Below are positions 40,094 to 50,093 of a stretch of 64,000 bases of DNA, in pieces (within the stretch, counting starts at the first letter, position 1; each line of letters starts with the position of its first letter). Both the position numbers and the translations under genes were made by a program. The DNA is from Armatimonadota bacterium (lineage in GTDB: Bacteria; Armatimonadota; HRBIN16), in assembly GCA_963677485.1 (NCBI GenBank), contig OY781964.1, forward strand, positions 1,664,001-1,728,000, read 5' to 3'. Below the pieces are notes generated by a model. The model was not told the DNA's origin. It was given only the letters and a program-made list of their open reading frames with translations, and searched no databases.

Positions 40094-40153
40094 GCGACGG
40101 GTGACAGTGCCCGTACCGGGACGAAGTCACGGACGGGCACTGTCACCCGTCGC
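40094..40153. repeat. Perfect 21-bp inverted repeat (REP-like hairpin)
   Basis: gcgacgggtgacagtgcccgt / acgggcactgtcacccgtcgc. Confidence 0.85.
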
Positions 40154-40332
40154 CGCTTGCCGGTGGTTTGGGTCGCAGTCTACCAGTCAAGCAGTTCCTC
40201 AACAGAAAATACCACCTCCCACCCTAACGCTATGCTATAATCTGAACTACATAAACCGTGTCAGGCATCATACGCCGAACGCGCATGGGACCGGCTAGAG
40301 ATAAACTCAACACCCTGAGGAGCAAAATCGCT

Positions 40333-43083
40333 ATGGAACGAACACCTGCCGTTGGACTAGAGAACGCCAAGTCGACCAAGCACTGGACCGACCCCTTGAA
40401 TGTGGTATGGAGTACCCCAAGCAAGGATGCCGCCGGATCGATGCCGCTGGGTAACGGGCAGGTAGGTATCAACTTGTGGGTAGAGCAGAATGGCGATCTA
40501 CGATTCTATATCAGCCGCACCGACTCCTACAGCGAGATCAGCCGGTTGCTCAAGGTGGGCGAGGTGCGGGTTGCGATCTCCCCCAATCCGTTCAAGGCTG
40601 GTGCACCGTTCAAACAGGAGCTGGTTCTACGAGACGGCGCATGTGTGATCAACGCCGGTAGAGGCGCAAACCAGGTGACGCTGCGGGTGTTTGTCGATTG
40701 CGACAATGCGGTGGTCTACTGCACCGGAAAGTCAGCCAAACCGCTCAGCATCAAGGCCACTGTGGAAAGCTGGCGAACCGAACGGCATGTGATCCCGTCT
40801 GGCACCGAGCAGAACTCCGCGTGGTCACTCCATGATGCGCCTTTTGAGCTTAGCGAAGCCGCCGATCTGTTCCCCAAAGGCCTCGGTAACGCCGTGGCCT
40901 GGTACCACCGCAATGAGGATACGCTCGCGTTCAAGTCGACGATGCAGTTACAGTCGCTGGATTCCGTTGCCGATAAAGCGACGGACCCAATCATCCACCG
41001 CACGTTTGGAGGCTGGATGTCCGGCACAGGCCTCAAGCCCGTGGATCACCGCACACTGTCCAGCAGCGCGCCATTAAAGCAGTTTGCGTTGTCAGTCGCG
41101 GCCCCTTGCCTGCAGACCGCCACACCGCAAGGTTGGCTGGACGAAGCGCGCCGGCTGTCTGAAGATGCGGATGCCGATCAAGCGGCACGACGCACGACGA
41201 ACTGGTGGCGGGCGTTCTGGGACAGATCATGGGTAGTGGTCGATGGCGACAAGAGCGGCATCACCATCCCCCATGGCACGAATCCGCTGCGTGTGGGTTT
41301 TGATTCGAATGGTGAGAACAGGTTTCCTGGCGAGATCGGCCGGGCCAGCATCTATTACAAGCCGCTGTCTGCAACTGAGATATCAAGGCTGGGATCAACC
41401 CAGACCAGCTCCATACCATCGAAAGATGGTGCTGTGCTCACAGTGGGTGCGAAGGGGCCAGAGGCCATCGACTTCAAATCCGTCGATCTCAAACGCGGCC
41501 TGACGCTTGAAGCGCTGATCAAGCCAGCCTCCTCTGCACCTGGACGGATTATCGACAGCCTGACCGCAGGCGGATCAGACGGGTTTCTGTTTGACACGCA
41601 CCCAGGAAACACACTCCGGCTGATTGTTGGGAACACGATCATGAGTGCCCCCGCCGGTATTCTGAAAACAGGCCAGTGGCAGCATGTCGCCGCCAGCGTG
41701 GACACCGCGACGGGTGCGATGACGATCTACCTTGATGGCAAGGTCGTGGCGAAGCTGGCTGGCGTTGATGAGACGAAATCACCCATCACGCGTGCTTACG
41801 CTCTGCAGAGATACGTTCAAGCCTGCGGTGGTAAAGGCCCGTTCCCGATCAAGTTCAATGGGAGCATCTTCACCGTGGAACCGGCCGTGATGGGGATGCC
41901 ATTCAACGCCGACTGGCGGAACTGGGGTGACTGCCATTGGTGGCAGAATGTGCGGTTTGCATATCACACGATGCTCGCGACCGGTGATACCGAGATGATG
42001 GAGCCGCTGTTTGATCTGTATGAGCAGGTGCGGCCCCTGTGTGAAGCTCGGGCAAAGCTCTATCACAATGCCAAAGGCTGCTACTTCCCAGAGACGATGA
42101 CGATGTGGGGCACATACTCGAATGGCGACTACGGCTGGAACCGAGCAGGTCTGAGGCCCGATGAAGTGCAGTCTCCCTGGTGGCAGTATGCCTGGAACCA
42201 AGGGCTGGAACTTGTGGCCCTCATGCTCGACCGATGGGATTACACTCCGGAGGACTCTTTCGTTCTGAAGCAACTGCTTCCGATGGCGGAATCGGTGTTG
42301 AGTTACTTCGACACGCGGTTTAAGAAGGACGCCAATGGCAAGGTAGTGCTCGACCCGTCTCAGGCAGTCGAGACGGTGTGGCACGATGTGGTCAACGATA
42401 TGCCCTCCACAGCGGGGCTGCGTGACGTGACTCAGCGGCTGTGCGCCTTACCGCAACGACTCGCCACACCTGTCCAGCGCAGGTTCTTCAAGATGATGAA
42501 ATCCGCCTGCCCCGATGTTCCTGTGGAGGATGTCACGATTGATGGCAAGCAGCTGCGCCGTCTGGCTGGTGCGCAGAAATACAGCCCTGTCCGTTCGAAC
42601 TGCGAGAACCCGGAGCTGTATGCCATCTGGCCGTTCAGGTTATACGGCGTGGGTAAACCGGGGCTGGATTTGGCGAAAGCGGCGTATGCCACCCGCGTGA
42701 ACCATCTGGACGTGGGCTGGGGCTACGATGGCAACTGCGCAGCTCTGCTTGGGATGGCGGATGAGGCGGCCCGCATCATGCAGGTAAAGGCCGCGAACTC
42801 CAACCAAGCCTACCGATGGCCGGCAAGCTGGGGGCCGAACTTCGACTGGGTGCCGGACCAGGATCACGGCGGCAACTTGCTGCTGACCACGCAGTTGATG
42901 CTGCTTCAGTCCGATGGCGAGAAATTGCTACTGTTGCCAGCCTGGCCCAAAGCGTGGGATGTCAGCTTCAAACTTCATGCCCCGCAGAACACCACCGTGG
43001 AGTGTGTGTATAAGAGGGGCAAGATAGAGACGCTGAAAGTCACACCTGAAGCCAGACGCAAGGACGTGGTGCTGCCGAAGTAG
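40333..43083 (+). CDS. DUF5703 / GH95-like glycoside hydrolase with inserted LamG-like domain
   Basis: SMPLGNG, PIKFNGSIF, WWQN.R..Y, NCENPELYAIWPF, PDQDHGG, LLPAWP; GAGGAG RBS before ATG 40333. Confidence 0.8.
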   Translation: MERTPAVGLENAKSTKHWTDPLNVVWSTPSKDAAGSMPLGNGQVGINLWVEQNGDLRFYISRTDSYSEISRLLKVGEVRVAISPNPFKAGAPFKQELVLRDGACVINAGRGANQVTLRVFVDCDNAVVYCTGKSAKPLSIKATVESWRTERHVIPSGTEQNSAWSLHDAPFELSEAADLFPKGLGNAVAWYHRNEDTLAFKSTMQLQSLDSVADKATDPIIHRTFGGWMSGTGLKPVDHRTLSSSAPLKQFALSVAAPCLQTATPQGWLDEARRLSEDADADQAARRTTNWWRAFWDRSWVVVDGDKSGITIPHGTNPLRVGFDSNGENRFPGEIGRASIYYKPLSATEISRLGSTQTSSIPSKDGAVLTVGAKGPEAIDFKSVDLKRGLTLEALIKPASSAPGRIIDSLTAGGSDGFLFDTHPGNTLRLIVGNTIMSAPAGILKTGQWQHVAASVDTATGAMTIYLDGKVVAKLAGVDETKSPITRAYALQRYVQACGGKGPFPIKFNGSIFTVEPAVMGMPFNADWRNWGDCHWWQNVRFAYHTMLATGDTEMMEPLFDLYEQVRPLCEARAKLYHNAKGCYFPETMTMWGTYSNGDYGWNRAGLRPDEVQSPWWQYAWNQGLELVALMLDRWDYTPEDSFVLKQLLPMAESVLSYFDTRFKKDANGKVVLDPSQAVETVWHDVVNDMPSTAGLRDVTQRLCALPQRLATPVQRRFFKMMKSACPDVPVEDVTIDGKQLRRLAGAQKYSPVRSNCENPELYAIWPFRLYGVGKPGLDLAKAAYATRVNHLDVGWGYDGNCAALLGMADEAARIMQVKAANSNQAYRWPASWGPNFDWVPDQDHGGNLLLTTQLMLLQSDGEKLLLLPAWPKAWDVSFKLHAPQNTTVECVYKRGKIETLKVTPEARRKDVVLPK

Positions 43084-43091
43084 CGCAGGAC

Positions 43092-44264
43092 CTACTCGCT
43101 CTCCACCCAAACGGGGCTGCACCAGGCCTGCCGACCGTTCACCTGCGTCACACGCACGTAGTAGTAGTCGGTGGGCCGCTCAGCCACAAGGTCTTCCACC
43201 TGAAGCAGCACGGAGTTGCCTTCGCCCTCAGAGTTGATGTGGAAGATATCACGCCCGTTCTTCACCACATCCACGCGTTTCAGGATGGCGGGGGCCTGCA
43301 CCTTCAAAGCCAGCCGACGGGGCTGACCAGCGGGATGCTTCAGCTCAGAACCCGCCACCTGATCGCATACCCGGAAGTCGATCATGATGCGCGCACCACT
43401 TGCGGCGATGGTGTGCTTCTGCTTGATGCCTTGCCAGATCGCCTCGCGGGTGAGCTCAGGTGCCCATACCCCAAGAATCCCAGGTTCGTCATACCGAACC
43501 TTCGCCCCCATATGGCTGTCGGCACCAGGGCTGGGCAGATGGACGTCGGAGCCCGCCACGCAGCCCATACGTGCGCCCATCTCCAGCGCGTCTTGCCAGT
43601 GACCACCCCGCGCCTCAACCACTGCTGGGCGAGGGTTGCCGAAATACTCGTTGGTGCCCCACTTGCTGTATAACTCAGTCATAGGCGGCATCATATCCAG
43701 AGGAATGGCCGTAAAGTTCACACCCTGACTCACATCGGCTGTGTGGTGCGGAATCGCAATGATGTCCTCACGGGCTAACAGCGCACGCCACTCCGCCTCC
43801 GTAATCTGACCATCCTCCACGCCGCGCACCAGTTCGCCTCTGCCGGTGCGGTAATACAGACAGAGGTTGCAGAACCATGGGTAGCTGTCACGTTCATAGG
43901 CAAGGATCGTCACGAAGCGGCCATCAAGATGGTACTCCGCCACCTTGCGCTGCGTGAGCTCCCATTTGTTGCCCTCCCACAGGCAAGGACGCCCCACACC
44001 GCCGTGGTCATGGTCGGTGACGGCGCAGAAATCCATCATCGCCTCGTCACGGGCGAAGCTGAAGTAATCATCCAGCGACCCGCGGCCGTCTGATATCTCG
44101 GTGTGACCGTGGATCTCACCCCAGTACAGCTTCAAGCCTGTGTTGGGGTGCCAGTTCGGTGTGGTCAGCTTGGCAAGTTCTGCATAATCGGTCTGCCTGC
44201 CTGTGTATACCAATCTGGTCACCTGCAAGTCGCGGCTGGGGTGCGTGAATATGCGTCCGTCCAT
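43092..44264 (-). CDS. PHP-fold metallohydrolase (DUF3604/CehA-McbA-like)
   Basis: WGEIHGHT..SDG, VTDHD, IPHH, AGSDVH, YYYVRV.Q..G..AW.SPVW. Confidence 0.85.
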   Translation of the reverse strand: MDGRIFTHPSRDLQVTRLVYTGRQTDYAELAKLTTPNWHPNTGLKLYWGEIHGHTEISDGRGSLDDYFSFARDEAMMDFCAVTDHDHGGVGRPCLWEGNKWELTQRKVAEYHLDGRFVTILAYERDSYPWFCNLCLYYRTGRGELVRGVEDGQITEAEWRALLAREDIIAIPHHTADVSQGVNFTAIPLDMMPPMTELYSKWGTNEYFGNPRPAVVEARGGHWQDALEMGARMGCVAGSDVHLPSPGADSHMGAKVRYDEPGILGVWAPELTREAIWQGIKQKHTIAASGARIMIDFRVCDQVAGSELKHPAGQPRRLALKVQAPAILKRVDVVKNGRDIFHINSEGEGNSVLLQVEDLVAERPTDYYYVRVTQVNGRQAWCSPVWVESE

Positions 44265-44284
44265 TGTGATCTCCCTTCGTGATG

Positions 44285-46870
44285 CTAATCGTCCCAAGTC
44301 AACAGTGCGATAGTGTTGTCGTCACTGACTGGTGGAGCTGTGGGCACAACGGTGTCATCCGGCACGGTGCCGCGTAGAATGCGCACATCGTCCATCGCAC
44401 CCACGATGCCCAGCGAGCCGTCCTGTATACCGCCCAGTGTGACCGGGTGCTTGCTGACGGCGATCTGCCTGCCTGGATACTGTTTGTCGATCGCGACTTT
44501 ACCGTCTACCAGCAGTTTGGCTGCACCCGGGCTCAGCACTAGCCGGTAGAAGTGCCAGTTGTTATCAGCAACCTTGATGTCAGACAACACCGAGGCCCCC
44601 TCGTAATCCGGGATGTAGATGGCGGCCTGGTGATCTGGTGTCAGCCATATCTCCCAGTGCCCGGTGCCTTTCGGAGCACGGGATATCAACACACGGGTAG
44701 AACGGACCTCAACACGCGCCCAGAAATCCACCGTGATGGCGTCTTGCTTCAGCCCCTGAGTGCCCGACATGGTGTAAACACCGGCCACATCCGGCAATAC
44801 CAGCCCCTTACCTGTATGGCCATCGCCGATCTGACCGCGTTCGGCAGGAGGCGGCGCGATGGCGGCACGTTGAGATGCTGGTAACCGCTTATCTGGAACG
44901 GTCACGCTGTACTGGCCAAGATCGGATGGCTTACCTAACGAGTATACCCAGTATGCAAACTCATTCCATGTCTTTGTGCCGTCTACGGCCACCGGTTTTA
45001 TTTTGATATTCAGTGTCGTCTTGCCCTTGGTATAGCTGGCGGGAACTTGGAACTCGTCATCTACCCATCGATGGAACATATTCAGATCGGCATAATACCA
45101 GTCACGCTCCTTCACCAGCTCACCATCTATATATACCTGAGCCCGCTGACGGCCCTGTTCCTGGTCAGACCGGCGGCGCAAAAGCACACCCTCATTTAAG
45201 GGGCTGATGCTCACGGTGAAGCTGCTCTGATCCGTGAAGCCCACACCCTGGTCTTTGACAATCACCTGGTCTTGTTCACCCTCGTAACTCTCCGAAAGGT
45301 GGCCGATGAAGGTAAATCCGCTCATCTTGTAGGAATGTGCCTTGTTGGACTTGTCGTCACCCACATCCACATAGTCGGTCAGCAGCATACCCGCCTCGGG
45401 CTCACCGTAGTAAAGCAGCACACCGGAACGCACATCCTCGCCTGAGTGGATGCCGCTCCCGCCCTCTACGCCAAACCGCAAAGAGCTGTTGAAGGGGTAG
45501 CTATCACCCAATAGCACACGGCTCATTGACCACATCTCATTACCTGTGCCGTCATATCCCGATAACGGGTTGTAGCTGGGCGGTGTAGTGAAGCCCCATC
45601 CGTAGCACACCCAGGATTCGGAGCCGTCGCTCTCCACGCTGGGGGTACCGCTGCCGTCAATGTAGACGCGCACATCGCCTTCGCAGGAGGTCTGCTTGCC
45701 TGAGATGCACCCTGCCACCACATGCCCGCGACCCACGATGGTGCCGATATGCGAATCTTCTTCTGGCATCTTGGTCATCGGCGGCTGGTAGACCGAACTG
45801 CGGAAGTGGGCGGCTGTAAGTCGATCATACGCCAGGGTAGGTGAAGGCTTAAAGACCACACGGTAAGTGATGTCCACCCGCTCCTTTCCACGGTTGAGCA
45901 GTTCAACATGGGCCGACTTCCAATATGGCATTGGGAAGTTGCTATAAAACCAGCCGTCAGCAGACATCCCGTGCGTAACATAAAACAACGAGTGGGCACC
46001 ATATTCGTTACCGAAGAAGGCTCCAACGGGACAGTCGACCGCGGGTCGATTCTCGTCTTCCCATGTGATTCGCAGCCACATGTTCTGCAGCATCTGCGGC
46101 GCAAACTTATTGAAGGCAAGCCTGATAGAAGATATTGAACCTTCCCCCTGAGCGTCGAATAGCGCACCGGATTCTCCTGCTTTGATGCTGAGCGTGTCGG
46201 AGACCATTGTATTACCGGTGGATGGCTTAGGATCTAAGCTATGATTCATATAGCGGATGATATGGGAGTAGTCCTCTTTGCCGGTAAATGTGGAAACACC
46301 ATCGGCGGTGGGGTAGGTGTGGTACATGATATGCCCCCAGCCGCCCTGTTTCTTGGCCTTATCTGGCCCTTCCAGCATCACAGAGGAGGTGACTTTACAG
46401 CCATTTCGGAAGGCCATGGGAACAAAGCTTCGGACCACCCAGATTGGCCCTCGTCCGTTGTCGTCAATGCCCTGATAAACAGCCGATAGCGGCTCCACAA
46501 ACGGGGGCTTTTGGCCGAACTCCGACTGCTTGATCTCATACCGCGGGGTTTTCTCACCGTCAAAATAGAAGCGGAAAGTGGGCTCTGGGCTTGTGGGGTA
46601 TCTGTGCTGCACGAAGTTGTACAGGCATCCCGGACCCGTGACATCCAGCAGCACCCATTCGTTGTTTGAATCCTGGTATAACCACCAGTCCCAGTCGGCG
46701 TTGCCACCCTGCTTGTCGATGCTGCCCTCATAATGCACGCGCGTGTCTGCCTGTATATAAGGCAACAGCTCCAGTTTGCGCAACTTATCGAGGCCATACG
46801 GCCTGGTATATGATGCGGATGCGATGCTCATGAACGTGACAGCCATCAGCGCGATTCTCCAGTATTGCAT
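44285..46870 (-). CDS. Secreted DUF2961 (GH172-like) protein with C-terminal LamG domain
   Basis: GPGC, PVGAFFG, FPMPY, CEGDVRVYIDG, DGSE...YGW; C-terminal WH...VDGK...LGG...GAMDDVRI. Confidence 0.8.
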   Translation of the reverse strand: MQYWRIALMAVTFMSIASASYTRPYGLDKLRKLELLPYIQADTRVHYEGSIDKQGGNADWDWWLYQDSNNEWVLLDVTGPGCLYNFVQHRYPTSPEPTFRFYFDGEKTPRYEIKQSEFGQKPPFVEPLSAVYQGIDDNGRGPIWVVRSFVPMAFRNGCKVTSSVMLEGPDKAKKQGGWGHIMYHTYPTADGVSTFTGKEDYSHIIRYMNHSLDPKPSTGNTMVSDTLSIKAGESGALFDAQGEGSISSIRLAFNKFAPQMLQNMWLRITWEDENRPAVDCPVGAFFGNEYGAHSLFYVTHGMSADGWFYSNFPMPYWKSAHVELLNRGKERVDITYRVVFKPSPTLAYDRLTAAHFRSSVYQPPMTKMPEEDSHIGTIVGRGHVVAGCISGKQTSCEGDVRVYIDGSGTPSVESDGSESWVCYGWGFTTPPSYNPLSGYDGTGNEMWSMSRVLLGDSYPFNSSLRFGVEGGSGIHSGEDVRSGVLLYYGEPEAGMLLTDYVDVGDDKSNKAHSYKMSGFTFIGHLSESYEGEQDQVIVKDQGVGFTDQSSFTVSISPLNEGVLLRRRSDQEQGRQRAQVYIDGELVKERDWYYADLNMFHRWVDDEFQVPASYTKGKTTLNIKIKPVAVDGTKTWNEFAYWVYSLGKPSDLGQYSVTVPDKRLPASQRAAIAPPPAERGQIGDGHTGKGLVLPDVAGVYTMSGTQGLKQDAITVDFWARVEVRSTRVLISRAPKGTGHWEIWLTPDHQAAIYIPDYEGASVLSDIKVADNNWHFYRLVLSPGAAKLLVDGKVAIDKQYPGRQIAVSKHPVTLGGIQDGSLGIVGAMDDVRILRGTVPDDTVVPTAPPVSDDNTIALLTWDD

Positions 46871-46952
46871 TAAGTCTACCCTTACCACACCATTGAGGTG
46901 TTTATTTCCTAGTTATTCGTTCGATTCTGCTATTATTACCGCATATATAACG

Positions 46953-47125
46953 GCTGCCTATGTCCGGGACGGTCTGTCAGGTGGCTCGCTATCACCACGA
47001 GATATTGACCGCACCGGTCTTGTTCGAGACACATATCTTACATGGCTATCCGCCAGACCGGCGCGGTCTAGAGCCATCTTCAATCGTTAGCCTGCGCACA
47101 GACCGCCCCGGACATAGGCAATAGA
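46953..47125. repeat. Inverted pair of ggcgcggtct...gaccgccccggacatag elements
   Basis: Forward copy with core at 47101-47117, inverted copy from 46953; same core at 18648 and 58908. Confidence 0.8.
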
Positions 47126-49889
47126 GTCTGTTGATTCTATCCCAGCTTGATCCTCCGGTTTTAAACCTCAGCCACATGGAGCCTTCGGTCTTGGGCAGCA
47201 ACTGCTTGTATGGTGCCATGACATCATGCGTAAACTCGCTCATCACCACCCAACTGCCCTTGCCTTCAGGTATCCGCGCGGAGGGGCCGCTGACCAATGC
47301 CTGCAGCCGTTGAGGAGCCAGATGGGTGCTGATGAAGCAGACCGCCCCCGCACTTACGCAGCTCTGGAGTACCTGCATGGTCGGCGCAGATATCTCCACA
47401 CCGCAGGCAAAGATTACGCCCACATCTTTCAGGAGCTTCACACCTACATTGTGGTCATACACCGCCACGGCGGGGCTGGGTATGCTGAAACGCCAGGGCT
47501 GAGGCGCACGGAGCGGGGCCACCGGCTCACCGTTGAAGTTGACGGCCCTGCCGTTGAGGACGCCGTCAGTGAGCAGCGACCACACCTGCATATGCTCGCG
47601 GGTTTGCGGGCTGGAGTGCAGGTTCATCGCCCCGTACAGATAGTCCCAGTAATAGCAGCTAGTCTGCCCCCAGTCACTGTCAGGGAAGCGCACGATGGCC
47701 ACCTCGGGCTGATAGTCGCGGTAGCTGTAGTTGCGCTTGTGGGCCGGTATCCATTTGGTGATGTGCTCTTTCATCGCCTGCCCATGATGGGTCAACTGGT
47801 ATCTGTTGCCGTTCAGCGAATACATCTTGGTGGCGAACTCCACATAACACGAATCCACACCCGCCAGATGGCAGGTTTGCATTGCCATGCGCATCTCACG
47901 CGCGCTGTGCCCGGGCATCTCAGCGTAATACCACAGATCGGGACTGAACCAGAGGGCCGCGTTGTGCTGAAGGGCGGCCCCAATCGCCTCAGCGAGCACC
48001 ACTGGATGCACGTCCTCTTTGAGCAGCTTCGGCGAGAGCACCATTCCGCTCTCCGCCATGGGCGACAACAACGCAGGAAACACACTCTCCACCAGCATTT
48101 TGGCGCCGCATTGGCCGTTGCGGTTCACCAACTGACGCACGGCCTGCTTGAATTTCGCGTAAGCCTCGGAAAGGCTCAAGCCGGTGGTCTCCACGAAGAA
48201 GGGCTTGCGGTTGGGCTCAGGCAGTTGGCTGTAGGCGTTGCGACTAAGCTGCATGTGCTCCGATTCGTCGTAGGTGACGCCCTCAAACAGCCCCATGGCC
48301 GCCGCTTTACGCAGTGTCTCGGCGTCGACATCCCAGCGGTGGCAGCCATCGGCTGCGTCAAAGCCGTTTTTACCGTTCGTGCTGTATGACACCGGCGCGA
48401 AGTTGGGCGACTCCACATTGAAGGTGAAGTGGGTGCCGGTGGCTTTGCAGTACGCACACAGGTCGTCGATGATGTTGTTCTCGGTCTCCTGAGGACCGAT
48501 GTGGGCGACCAGCAGATTGATGTCCATCTCGCGTAGGCTCCAGAGTGAACCGGGATGCTGCACCGTCCATGAGGAGTCGTTCACGCCCAGCATCTGCTTC
48601 CGACGTGTGTAGGGCTTCAGCTTTGGCAACAGTGGGGAGATGGTGGTCTGGCCCTTGGGCAGCACGGCGAACGCCGCCGTAGCCGTCACGCCCCCCTCTG
48701 TACGGGCAGTGATCCGGTAAAGACCTGGGGACAACTTTGGCGGCGTGACCTTCGCGTCATACTGGTTCGGCCCATCGGGCTTCAACTCAGCGGAGGCACT
48801 CCAGACCTTGGCCCGGTTCCATTCGTCTAGCTGGAGCCTCAGTTTCCCGACTGGGGGTTTACCAAAACCGGACAGCACAGCACGGACCTCGACCGAATCA
48901 TCTAGAGCGTATAACTCTTTATCACCAGAAATGGTCACTGTCAGCAGTTCGCGGCGCATCGGAACACCTTCGTCAAGCATGTCCCTCACAAGAGCTGGCA
49001 GGTAGGCGGCCCACTCGACGGCATAGGTTGATTTCGCCACTCGGATGGTGCCGGGGGCGGCACTGGTCTGATCATCGCTAAGGATCTGCGCCAGTTTGAC
49101 GCCTTGTTTGTCAGCGACCGCCAGCTCGCATAGCAGGCTGGCTTCCGGGTAGGCGCTGAAGTCGTAGGAAAGCACCAATTCATTCTGGGTATCAGTGCTC
49201 AGCTTGGAGATGAGTGCCCCCTGTCCTTGCGTGACCGCCCAGCCTTCAAGCGATACTGGAGCGCTATTCACCCGCACATCGGAGAGGGTCAGGTTGCCGA
49301 TGGGGTGGGTGATCGCTTCTTTTTGGTCAACCCGCAACCGGATTTTGCTCACCTTCTGCCAGTCAAACGCCGGATTAGGATTGAGCTGCTTTTCGGATTG
49401 GGGTTTGATGCTCAGCGTTCTTGCAGCACCCGAGGTGTCGAACAACAAGTCGCTGCGACCTGTCTCCAGGCAGGTGTAGCCGCTGAGCTGCCCCGACGCG
49501 TCCGCAAACTGCACATATATCCATTCATTCAACTTCGCTTGACTGACGGTGAATTGCAGCTCGGTCAACGGCCCGATGGCAGGCAGTGGCTTCTCAAGAT
49601 TGAGCCAGCAGTTGGCCGTTTCGGTGCTGTGGGTGCGCACCTCAACCTCCACGCGGTTGGTGCCCACCTTCGCCAGGTTGTTCACCCGCCAGTTATCGCC
49701 CTGATTGTCATCGCTGATGCCTACCGGGTTCCCATTCAGCCAGACGCGGTTAAGATCACTGGCGATCACGCGAAGGGTGGCGTAGTCGAACCCTGCAGGC
49801 AGTTGCCCGCTCAGGCTAAACCGGATAGCGGGAGTGTTAGGCTGCTGTGCTGTTGCGGTGACCCACTGTGCTTGCTTTTCGTTCTGCAT
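47046..49889 (-). CDS. Large hypothetical protein, probable uncharacterised glycoside hydrolase
   Basis: GGAGGAG RBS; N-terminal beta/CBM-like domains; TIM-barrel-like core (YDESEH, YVEF); GH42-like trimerisation-type tail. Confidence 0.65.
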   Translation of the reverse strand: MQNEKQAQWVTATAQQPNTPAIRFSLSGQLPAGFDYATLRVIASDLNRVWLNGNPVGISDDNQGDNWRVNNLAKVGTNRVEVEVRTHSTETANCWLNLEKPLPAIGPLTELQFTVSQAKLNEWIYVQFADASGQLSGYTCLETGRSDLLFDTSGAARTLSIKPQSEKQLNPNPAFDWQKVSKIRLRVDQKEAITHPIGNLTLSDVRVNSAPVSLEGWAVTQGQGALISKLSTDTQNELVLSYDFSAYPEASLLCELAVADKQGVKLAQILSDDQTSAAPGTIRVAKSTYAVEWAAYLPALVRDMLDEGVPMRRELLTVTISGDKELYALDDSVEVRAVLSGFGKPPVGKLRLQLDEWNRAKVWSASAELKPDGPNQYDAKVTPPKLSPGLYRITARTEGGVTATAAFAVLPKGQTTISPLLPKLKPYTRRKQMLGVNDSSWTVQHPGSLWSLREMDINLLVAHIGPQETENNIIDDLCAYCKATGTHFTFNVESPNFAPVSYSTNGKNGFDAADGCHRWDVDAETLRKAAAMGLFEGVTYDESEHMQLSRNAYSQLPEPNRKPFFVETTGLSLSEAYAKFKQAVRQLVNRNGQCGAKMLVESVFPALLSPMAESGMVLSPKLLKEDVHPVVLAEAIGAALQHNAALWFSPDLWYYAEMPGHSAREMRMAMQTCHLAGVDSCYVEFATKMYSLNGNRYQLTHHGQAMKEHITKWIPAHKRNYSYRDYQPEVAIVRFPDSDWGQTSCYYWDYLYGAMNLHSSPQTREHMQVWSLLTDGVLNGRAVNFNGEPVAPLRAPQPWRFSIPSPAVAVYDHNVGVKLLKDVGVIFACGVEISAPTMQVLQSCVSAGAVCFISTHLAPQRLQALVSGPSARIPEGKGSWVVMSEFTHDVMAPYKQLLPKTEGSMWLRFKTGGSSWDRINRLYCLCPGRSVRRLTIEDGSRPRRSGG

Positions 49890-50093
49890 CGTCTGCTCCT
49901 CCGTGATTCGCGCTGTGATATGGCTAGATACGACGCAAAGTGGTGGAAATCCTGTATAAGTGAAGAACCACATGAGGCACAGGGTTGATGGCGATCGGTC
50001 GGATCCGACCGATCGTGCAAATACCCACGTATGAGCCTACAGCTTCTTGCTGGAATGCAAAACGTGGACATCCCATACCATGTTTTTTCCGGA

